Assembly: GCA_026416315.1 (NCBI GenBank)
Contig: JAOAFK010000098.1
Span: forward strand, 1 to 38,428
Length of the DNA: 38,428 bases
Direction of reading: 5' to 3'
DNA from: Syntrophorhabdaceae bacterium
GTDB taxonomy: Bacteria > Desulfobacterota > Syntrophorhabdia > Syntrophorhabdales > Syntrophorhabdaceae
Below the pieces are notes generated by a model. That model was not told where the DNA came from and did not search any database. It saw nothing but the letters and a program-made list of their open reading frames with translations. This document shows, one piece after another, positions 20,159 to 27,983 of this stretch (position 1 is its first letter; each line of letters starts with the position of its first letter). Made by a program: the position numbers and the translations under genes.

Positions 20159-22576
20159 TTAACCAGTAAATGTATGTAAATAAGATTGGAGATTTACCTT
20201 TTTTTTCACCAAATTTAGTTTTTTTCTGATACTATAACGATGTATTTCAACTGTTCTTGTAGACAAACCGAGCATATTAGATATCTCTTTTGTGGTTTTA
20301 CCCTTTTTTATTAAATCAGCTATTCTTATTTCAGTCGGTGTGAAATTTAAGTACCTTGAGGTCAAGCTTTTAATAAAAGGAGACACAATCTCATTTAAAT
20401 TATTTTCGATGATGTTTATGAGTGCTTCATTCGTGTAATGTTTATAGACCTTGAGTTTTTCTATGTAAGGAAAGACAAGTTCTTTTACATTGCTTACGAT
20501 CTTTTCTTCAAGTTCAAGAATATCCTGTTCACGATGTTTTAATAATATGTTTAAGGCTGCATTTGCCTCTTCAAGACTTTTCGATTTCATGGCTAATTCT
20601 TCCATCATGGTCTTTCTCTCTGTTATATCCACCATTGTTCCTTCATAATATTTAAGGTTTTTTGAACGATCATGAACAACCCTCAAATTTGTGCTAACCC
20701 ATATAATCTTTCCATCTTTTCTTTTACATTGAACCTCGAAGTTATTAACAAAACCATTAGATTCAAGCAATTTTTTCATTTCAATCCTTCTTATAGGATT
20801 TACATAGAGGTCTTTAGCAACATCCTTTACAGAAGATATTATTTCTTCTGGTGTATCAAAACCAAAGAGATGAGCAAATGATTTATTAGCGTTTAAAATC
20901 CTCCCATCTGGTGTGGTTTGAAATATACCTTCCATGGCATTCTCGAATATCATTCTATAGTTTTCTTCTGCCCTTTTTATTGCTTCTTCTGCCTTTTTTC
21001 GTTCTGTTATATCTCTCCATACAGTGAATAACACGGGTTCATTTGCAAGGTTTATAAATGAAAATGAGCCTTCAACTAATATCTGCTCACCATCAGTTCT
21101 TTTTAAGACCCATTCAAAATGTGTAGTTTCACCCCTTAAAGCCTTATGTATGATCTTCCTTGTCTTTTCTGATGATTTCTCGCCATCAGGTTGGATTTCT
21201 GGAGAGAGGTCTATGGGTGTTAGTCCAACAATTTGGTCCTTTCCTTTAAAATTCAGTAATTTTATAGCCGCTTCATTACAGTCTATGATTCGCCTCTTCT
21301 TATTTATCAGCAAAATTGGGTCAGCGGATTTTTCAAATAATAGTCTGAATTTTTCTTCACTAATCTTAAGAGCCTTTTCAGCCTTCTTTCTTGCAGTAAT
21401 ATCAACAAGGATAGTTATGATGTAATTCTTTAAAATTATTGACCTAAATTCTATGTCTTTTTTTTCACCGTTTTTACACTGGATTGTAAATTCCTCTTCC
21501 ACCCACTCCCTTTTTTTGGAAAGTACTTTATCCATCCAAAAGGCAACAACTTTATTCCTGTAATTCTTGTCTGGATATGCCTTTTTAAACCATTCCCGTC
21601 CTGTCGGTACATCAAAATGGGTGTAACCTGTTATTTTTGTGAATTCTAAATTAACAAATAAGAAAACACCATTAATATCTGTAATGATTACACCCATGGG
21701 GAGATTATTTAATATAGCGTTTAAATCCTCCCTTTCTCTTAATAAGGCAAACTCTACTTCTTTTCGTTTTGTAACATCCTCTAAAAATCCCTCATAGTAT
21801 AAAACTTTTCCAGAAACATCTTTAACAGCCCTTGCACTGATGGACACCCACAGAGTACTTTTATCTTTTCTGAATAGTTCAGTTTCGAAGCCTTCAATAG
21901 AACCATTCTCCGTGATAATTTTTTTTATGTATTCTCTGTCTTCTAATCTCACATAATAATTGTCTATACATGCAATGGGTGATATGATTTCTTCTGGAGA
22001 ATTATAGCCAAGCATCTTTGCAAATGCTTTGTTTACCCTTATGAATGAACCTTCTGGCGTAACTTGAAAAATACCGCTCACTGCATTTTCAAATATACTT
22101 TTATAATGTGCCTCCTTTTCTTTTAATTGATTTTCTATTTCTTTCTTTTTAGTTATATCATGCCAGATCACATAATTTAAAATTTTTCCTCTAATTGGTA
22201 AGGGGTTTATAAATATCTCGGCGTATATCTTTTCTTTGTCAGAAGTTTGAAATACCCACTCAAAATTTATGTTTCCCCTTTCATAAACATTTTCATAGAA
22301 ATCTTTTTCTCTAATTAATGAAGACACGCCATCTAATTGAATATCTGGTGAGATATCACAGGGGGTCTTACCAATTAAATCTTCCTTATTTTTATATTTA
22401 AGGCAAAGGACCGCTGAGGGGTTACATTCCACTATGGTATTTTTTTCCATTAAAAAGATAGGGTTGGGTGAACAATTAAAAAGATAAAAAAACCTTCTCT
22501 CGCTCTCAACGAGCAGTTCTTTTACCTCATCTATTAATTTCTGGAGATTTAACGCTTTCTCAATCGAGTCGACCAT
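20159..22576 (-). CDS. one-component regulator: five PAS domains, a helical linker and a C-terminal LuxR-type HTH
   Basis: The 805-aa protein has five PAS-like blocks of about 120 aa (about aa 27-145, 155-272, 280-397, 407-527, 537-655), each ending in a D(I/V)T(K/E/A)RK motif. A coiled linker follows (ILLKHREQDILELEEKIVSNVKELVFPYIEKLK). The HTH is TPTEIRIADLIKKGKTTKEISNMLGLSTRTVEIHRYSIRKKL. There is no receiver or kinase domain. Confidence 0.85.
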   Translation of the reverse strand: MVDSIEKALNLQKLIDEVKELLVESERRFFYLFNCSPNPIFLMEKNTIVECNPSAVLCLKYKNKEDLIGKTPCDISPDIQLDGVSSLIREKDFYENVYERGNINFEWVFQTSDKEKIYAEIFINPLPIRGKILNYVIWHDITKKKEIENQLKEKEAHYKSIFENAVSGIFQVTPEGSFIRVNKAFAKMLGYNSPEEIISPIACIDNYYVRLEDREYIKKIITENGSIEGFETELFRKDKSTLWVSISARAVKDVSGKVLYYEGFLEDVTKRKEVEFALLREREDLNAILNNLPMGVIITDINGVFLFVNLEFTKITGYTHFDVPTGREWFKKAYPDKNYRNKVVAFWMDKVLSKKREWVEEEFTIQCKNGEKKDIEFRSIILKNYIITILVDITARKKAEKALKISEEKFRLLFEKSADPILLINKKRRIIDCNEAAIKLLNFKGKDQIVGLTPIDLSPEIQPDGEKSSEKTRKIIHKALRGETTHFEWVLKRTDGEQILVEGSFSFINLANEPVLFTVWRDITERKKAEEAIKRAEENYRMIFENAMEGIFQTTPDGRILNANKSFAHLFGFDTPEEIISSVKDVAKDLYVNPIRRIEMKKLLESNGFVNNFEVQCKRKDGKIIWVSTNLRVVHDRSKNLKYYEGTMVDITERKTMMEELAMKSKSLEEANAALNILLKHREQDILELEEKIVSNVKELVFPYIEKLKVYKHYTNEALINIIENNLNEIVSPFIKSLTSRYLNFTPTEIRIADLIKKGKTTKEISNMLGLSTRTVEIHRYSIRKKLNLVKKKVNLQSYLHTFTG

Positions 22577-22638
22577 CTACATCTTATTGATTATACAACC
22601 TCCATAAAAAATTATACAATATAAAAATTTAAATTAAT

Positions 22639-23904
22639 TTATAAAAATTTTTTATCATGTTCCACAATTTTAAGTATATCCATACATTTTTGTTCAGCCA
22701 ATCTTATTGACTCTTCCGCCAGCTTTGAATTGGTTACATCTTCAAGTATTTCAACTGCCCCTGTTATATTTCCTTTAGCATCTTTTACAGGTATCGCTGA
22801 AAAATACATCCATTTACCATTGGGATAAAAGGTTTTGAAAAAATCTAAAGCTTTATATTGGCCAACAGAATTGATTATTGATATTTTGTTAGGATACCAC
22901 TTATTTACAACATCGATATCCACACCATCAACCACCAAATCTGCCAGACATGGTCTTTCATAATCATAAAAGGCCTTCCAGTGTTTTTTTGTTCCCACCA
23001 TTTCTTTTGCGGTTATTCCTCTTAAATTTTCTAAGGCTTTGTTCCAGTAAACTACCTTATGGTCTTTGTTAATCATGAACTGGGGTATAGGTGATTCACA
23101 TATTATACTCTCTAAATGAGCCCTTTGGTCATGAATCTCATTTTCCATCAATTTATATCTTGTTATATCCTCAATGACCCCGATTATTTCATTTACAACC
23201 CCTTTTTGAAATATTGGAACAAAATCCGTCTTTATCCATTTTTTTTGACCAGATGTATCTATGTAGCTTAATTCAAATTCATCTACATGGCTTCCTTTTA
23301 AACACGATTTTACGCAATAAGAAATTTTATTTCTTTCTTCAGGGGTTATCAAATCAAAAATGGATTTATTCAATAACCATTCTCTTTCAAACCCAGTAGT
23401 TTCAACAAAGGCTTTATTCACATAAACGAATTTACCATCACTATTACAGATAAAAACACCTAAAGATTTTTTCTGAAATCTTTTCAAAAGGTTAGGGTGA
23501 GATTTACTAAAAATTTCCTCTTCAATCTTTTCTTCAGTAATATCATATATGGCTGATATTACATGGGTAACCTTACCATTTTCGTTATTATAAGGAATAT
23601 AATAGATTTTATAGTATTTCTGACCTAACTTTGGAACGTCGAACCAGTCATCATAAACAACAGGAACACCGCTAAAACATTTGTCCAAACACTCTTTTAT
23701 GGAGTTGTTGAAATTTTCTTCTCCCCACACATCTGACACAGTACTTTTCAAAATCTCATCCCTGTTTTTTCCTAAAATACTACAATAAGAAGAATCAACA
23801 AATTCATAAGTATAATCTTTGTTTATAAGTGTCATAAATTTGTCTATAGCTGGCATTATATTACTAAAGTACCAACCTTTGTATTTTTTTGATGTAAGCT
23901 TCAT
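22639..23904 (-). CDS. PAS-domain-only sensor protein (about three PAS blocks, no output domain)
   Basis: The 421-aa protein has PAS-like blocks ending ...VISAIYDITEEK, ...IIGVIEDITRYK and ...TGAVEILEDVTNSK. There is no TM segment, HTH, kinase or GGDEF/EAL motif. Confidence 0.75.
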   Translation of the reverse strand: MKLTSKKYKGWYFSNIMPAIDKFMTLINKDYTYEFVDSSYCSILGKNRDEILKSTVSDVWGEENFNNSIKECLDKCFSGVPVVYDDWFDVPKLGQKYYKIYYIPYNNENGKVTHVISAIYDITEEKIEEEIFSKSHPNLLKRFQKKSLGVFICNSDGKFVYVNKAFVETTGFEREWLLNKSIFDLITPEERNKISYCVKSCLKGSHVDEFELSYIDTSGQKKWIKTDFVPIFQKGVVNEIIGVIEDITRYKLMENEIHDQRAHLESIICESPIPQFMINKDHKVVYWNKALENLRGITAKEMVGTKKHWKAFYDYERPCLADLVVDGVDIDVVNKWYPNKISIINSVGQYKALDFFKTFYPNGKWMYFSAIPVKDAKGNITGAVEILEDVTNSKLAEESIRLAEQKCMDILKIVEHDKKFL

Positions 23905-23916
23905 GACCCCTCCCTC

Positions 23917-24456
23917 TTATTTAAGATTTATTTTTTCTGCCAAATATTTTCTCGATTTGTTGTATATCGACACTATCTGGTGAATGAGATTGTCGTGTTC
24001 TCCCTGTCTAACTTCCCTTACCACTCTACCTGGTATACCCATGACAAGAGAATTGGGTGGGATATGGGCACCTGCCGAAACAAAACTGCCTGCCCCTATT
24101 ATGCTGCCCGATGAAATCACAGCACCATCCATGATAATCGCACCTATTCCTATGAGACATCGAGATTCAATGGTCGCACCATGAATGATTGCCCCGTGAC
24201 TAATCAGAGTTTCTTCGCCTATTTTAACAGGAAGACCTTCTGGAGATTCAACAAAGGCAAAATCTAAAATTGCTGCGTATCTCTCTACATGAATAGGTGC
24301 CCCATCTGCCCTAAGGACTGCCATGGGCCAAACACTTGAACCTTCTTCTAATATAACATTTCCAATAATTCTTGCTGAGATATCTACGTATACACCCCCT
24401 TTAAACTCTGGTCTTATACCTTCAAAACCACTTATAAAGCCATTTGTGTTATCCAT
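23917..24456 (-). CDS. gamma-carbonic-anhydrase-like / left-handed beta-helix (hexapeptide repeat) protein
   Basis: The 179-aa protein has hexapeptide repeats (IGNVILEEGSSVWP, IGEETLISHGAIIHGATIESRCLIGIGAIIMDGAVISSGSIIGAGSFV) and the YrdA/CaiE/PaaY-type tail ...LVMGIPGRVVREV. Its start overlaps the upstream gene's stop by 8 nt. Confidence 0.8.
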   Translation of the reverse strand: MDNTNGFISGFEGIRPEFKGGVYVDISARIIGNVILEEGSSVWPMAVLRADGAPIHVERYAAILDFAFVESPEGLPVKIGEETLISHGAIIHGATIESRCLIGIGAIIMDGAVISSGSIIGAGSFVSAGAHIPPNSLVMGIPGRVVREVRQGEHDNLIHQIVSIYNKSRKYLAEKINLK

Positions 24457-26512
24457 TTGCTACTCTCCTTTTCTCTTCTATAATTTTTTCTTTTTCAGTA
24501 TCTTTAACGATTTTTAAACCCTCAACAATTAGCTCACATATGTCTAAAACTTGTATGTTTTCATTTACGTTTAACTCTTTTAGACCATCTTCAAACATGG
24601 TAACACAGTAAGGACAACTCGTAGCTATTATGTTTGGCTTTTTCAATAGAGCCTCTTTTGTCCTTTCCCTATTAATCCTTGTTGCTGCATCATCTTCAAG
24701 CCACATCCGTCCGCCACCAGCACCACAACAAAAGGTATCTTTTTTTGAATTACCCATCTCTAATGGCAATTTTCCAGTGAACGATTTCAAGACATATCTC
24801 GGTTCTTCAATAATACTGTTATATCTTGCTAAGTAACATGAGTCGTGATAAACTATAGACTTCTCACCAAAGGCAAAATCCCTTTTGAGAACCTGATTTT
24901 TGTATAGCATGTTTAATAGCTCTGTGTGGTGAAAAACATTGAATTCTGCACCGTAAGCTCTATAGTCGTTTTTCAATGTGTTATAACAATGTGGACAAAT
25001 GGTTATTACATTCTTTACATTTAATTTCTTAAACAAATTTACATTCTTAATAGCAATACTGTCGAAAACATATTCATTGCCAAGCCTTCTTAAGGCATCA
25101 CCACAACACATCTCATCGGATCCAAGGATACCATAACTGACAGATGCCGTATTAAGCACAGTAACCAAAGAGTTTATAATCTTCTTCGTTCTCGCATCAA
25201 AAGATCCCATACATCCTACATACAAGAGATATTCATGATTTTCATTCTTTGAAAAGATTGGAATATCAAGATGTTGAGCCCATTTTCCCCTTTCTGAAGG
25301 TGCAATACCCCAGGGATTTGACCTCGCTTCAATATTTTCAAAGAAGGTAATGAGTTCTTCTGGAAATCTTACCTCTTCCATAACGAGGTTTCTTCTTATA
25401 TTTAGTATCTTTGGAAAGTGTTCTATAAAAACAGGACATACCTCAACACACGCACCACAAGTGGTGCAGTCCCAAATACTCTCCTCGTTTATGCTTCCTT
25501 CTCCATTACCAATAAGAGGAACTGGATAATTTAAAACAGGCATAGGTTTTCCAATTGTGTCAAATGGTCTATTGGAGATTATATATAAACCATTTTCCAT
25601 TAGATTTTTTTTCAACGTATGGATGAATTCTTTTGGGTTAAGTGTCTTTCCTGAGATATTAGCAGGACAAGAGGCCTTGCACCTTCCACATTCAGTGCAT
25701 GAAAGGGCATCAAGGAGGTCTTTCCAAGAAAAATCAGTGATTTTAGATATTCCAAAAGACATGTTTTTACTGAATTGCATCTTTGATGGAGATGTGGGAA
25801 AAGAAAAGTTCCTAAAGAAACAATTAGGAAGAGATGTAATTATATGAAGATGTTTACTGTATGGGATAAAGATGAGAAAGAACAAAAACAGTGATGCATG
25901 GACCCACCAAAAGATTCTATTGAGTATATAAAGTTCTGAGTCTTTCATTCCACTTATAATCATAGTTCTTAGAAACTCTGAAACAGGAAGAATTAAATCT
26001 TTTTCCTTAGGGTCTATAGCTGTTATATTCATTCCAAAATAGGCAGCCATAAGAAATCCAACAGTTGACAGTATAATATAGGCCTCTTTTGTGGATTCCA
26101 AGTAGGATGGTTTAATAACAACCCTCCTTAAAACTGCAAAAATCACGGCTATCATCACAACAGCAGACATTATATCAGCAAGCATATTAAGGAGCTTGTA
26201 AGGGAATTCTCCTATAAAAGAAAGTGAAAATTTAGGAAAAAAACCAGATAAAACAAACTCTAAATTTATAGGGAGAAGTACCATAAAACCCCAAAAAAGC
26301 ATGAAGTGGTTAAAACCAAATGTCTTTTTTAAAACCTTTTTCTGGAGAAAACCATAAAAGACCATATTTTTAAATCGTTCCCATAGTCTATCGAACCTGT
26401 ATTCCCAATTTCCAAGGGAAATAAGATTTATAAGTGTATAAATTCTTCTGATAAACACTACCATAGCAACTAAAAAGATAATTGCAAAGATTAAAGATTC
26501 TACTGGTTTCAT
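24449..26512 (-). CDS. membrane-bound FeS oxidoreductase (N-terminal polytopic domain, 2x[4Fe-4S] motifs, two CCG domains); candidate ETF:(mena)quinone oxidoreductase
   Basis: The 687-aa protein has about five hydrophobic helices in the first ~230 aa, including ...WWVHASLFLFFLIFIPYSKHLHII. Motifs are CTECGRCKASCP and CTTCGACVEVCP, plus two Cys-rich CCG-type blocks (YVGCMGSF...MCCGDA...ICPHCYNT and YHDSCYLARY...FCCGAGGG...SCPYCVTM). It lies 13 nt downstream of etfA. Confidence 0.8.
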   Translation of the reverse strand: MKPVESLIFAIIFLVAMVVFIRRIYTLINLISLGNWEYRFDRLWERFKNMVFYGFLQKKVLKKTFGFNHFMLFWGFMVLLPINLEFVLSGFFPKFSLSFIGEFPYKLLNMLADIMSAVVMIAVIFAVLRRVVIKPSYLESTKEAYIILSTVGFLMAAYFGMNITAIDPKEKDLILPVSEFLRTMIISGMKDSELYILNRIFWWVHASLFLFFLIFIPYSKHLHIITSLPNCFFRNFSFPTSPSKMQFSKNMSFGISKITDFSWKDLLDALSCTECGRCKASCPANISGKTLNPKEFIHTLKKNLMENGLYIISNRPFDTIGKPMPVLNYPVPLIGNGEGSINEESIWDCTTCGACVEVCPVFIEHFPKILNIRRNLVMEEVRFPEELITFFENIEARSNPWGIAPSERGKWAQHLDIPIFSKNENHEYLLYVGCMGSFDARTKKIINSLVTVLNTASVSYGILGSDEMCCGDALRRLGNEYVFDSIAIKNVNLFKKLNVKNVITICPHCYNTLKNDYRAYGAEFNVFHHTELLNMLYKNQVLKRDFAFGEKSIVYHDSCYLARYNSIIEEPRYVLKSFTGKLPLEMGNSKKDTFCCGAGGGRMWLEDDAATRINRERTKEALLKKPNIIATSCPYCVTMFEDGLKELNVNENIQVLDICELIVEGLKIVKDTEKEKIIEEKRRVANG

Positions 26513-26525
26513 ATTAACTCCTCTT

Positions 26526-27983
26526 TCAATTTTGGCTCATATTTGCCTTTTCTTTAAGGGAAGTAATTAGTGTCGGTAATATTTCAAACACGTCGCCTAC
26601 TATCCCAACATGAGCGATTTCAAAAATAGGTGCGTTTTTATCTTTATTGATGGCTATTATATGTTCCGCATTTTGCATCCCTACTATATGCTGGATTGCA
26701 CCAGAGATCCCACAGGCCAAATAAAGCTTGGGTCTTATGGTTTTTCCTGTTTGTCCTATCTGTCTGTCATGGGTTATCCAACCTGCATCCACTGCACATC
26801 TGGAACCGCCAACAACACCTCCAAGGAGAGAGGCAAGTTCTTCAAGGAGTGAAAAATTCTTCTTTTCAAGCATACCCTTTCCACCACTTACAACAATATT
26901 GGCAGTTCTGATATCGTTCTCATCACCCTTGGAAACCGGTATTATCTCGAGGATCTTTGTTGCTATATCCTCTTCTTTCAATTCGATGGTTTCTCTAATG
27001 AGTTCACCATATCTTTCCTTAAAAGGAGGCATAGGTAGAACCATAGGTCTCACCGATGCCATTTGTGGTCTTGCATGTTCTGTTAAGATGGTGGCCATAA
27101 CATTACCACCAAATGCAGGTCTTGTCTGTTCAAGGAGTCTTTTTTCCTTGTCTATGCTCAATTTTGTACAATCTGCAGTAAGACCTGTTTTAAGAGCAGT
27201 TGCAACGGCACTTGCCAAATCCCTTCCCAATCCTGTCGCACCCATGAGTAGTATCTCTGGATGATACTTGTTCACGAGATATACAATACAATCAAGGTAA
27301 GGACGTGTGCGGTAGTATTTTAATGTGGGATGGTCGATGAGATATACCTTATCAGCCCCATATCCAAAGGCCTCTAATACAAGATGTTCCACATTGTGCC
27401 CAAGTAGTATAGCCGAAAGATCAGTACTTAATTCTGAAGCAAGTTGGCTTCCTATGCCTAATAACTCCCATGATACTTGATTTGCCTTACCATCAAAATG
27501 TTCTATAAAAACCCACACACTTTCCCATTTTATTTTTTCTGTAGTTGATATCTTTTCTGTTGATGTTGAATCATCAATATCCCTATTTGTGAGTTCTTTG
27601 AAATCTTCCAGAGCCCCAATTTTGCATACATCGATACATTTTTTACATCTGTTGCATTTACCCAGATTGATTATTGGTATCCCTTTTGTATCGAGGGTAT
27701 CGTATTCTATGGCATTTACTTGGCACACCTTAATGCATTCACCACATCCATTGCATTTTTCATCTTTTAGGATATAAACCAGTTCAAATGCACCCACAGG
27801 GCATGCCCTTAAACACTTTTTACATCCTATACACTTTGTGTAATTTACAATAGGCGTACCTTTTGTATCATGGGTATCATATTCCAAGGCATTAACTGTA
27901 CAAGAAGGTTCGCATCTTCCGCAGGCTATGCATTTCTCGGTAATTAAACGGACCTTAGGTCTTGTTTTTTTCTGCTTAGACAT
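26526..27983 (-). CDS. etfA: electron transfer flavoprotein alpha subunit fused to two tandem N-terminal 2x[4Fe-4S] ferredoxin-like domains
   Basis: The 485-aa protein has 16 Cys in four CxxCxxCxxxC motifs across aa 18-126. The C-terminal part is typical EtfA/FixB (VVSGGKGM, GGSRCAVDAGW, GQTGKTIRPKLYLACGISGAIQHIVGM). There is an 8-nt overlap with etfB. Confidence 0.9.
   Translation of the reverse strand: MSKQKKTRPKVRLITEKCIACGRCEPSCTVNALEYDTHDTKGTPIVNYTKCIGCKKCLRACPVGAFELVYILKDEKCNGCGECIKVCQVNAIEYDTLDTKGIPIINLGKCNRCKKCIDVCKIGALEDFKELTNRDIDDSTSTEKISTTEKIKWESVWVFIEHFDGKANQVSWELLGIGSQLASELSTDLSAILLGHNVEHLVLEAFGYGADKVYLIDHPTLKYYRTRPYLDCIVYLVNKYHPEILLMGATGLGRDLASAVATALKTGLTADCTKLSIDKEKRLLEQTRPAFGGNVMATILTEHARPQMASVRPMVLPMPPFKERYGELIRETIELKEEDIATKILEIIPVSKGDENDIRTANIVVSGGKGMLEKKNFSLLEELASLLGGVVGGSRCAVDAGWITHDRQIGQTGKTIRPKLYLACGISGAIQHIVGMQNAEHIIAINKDKNAPIFEIAHVGIVGDVFEILPTLITSLKEKANMSQN

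Noticed and set aside
23917-24456. Calling the LbH protein a functional gamma-class carbonic anhydrase.
   Set aside because: An alignment by eye suggests the first canonical His Zn ligand is replaced by Glu and the NIQD motif is lost. Family members such as CaiE and PaaY are not carbonic anhydrases. Only the 'gamma-CA-like LbH protein' call is retained.
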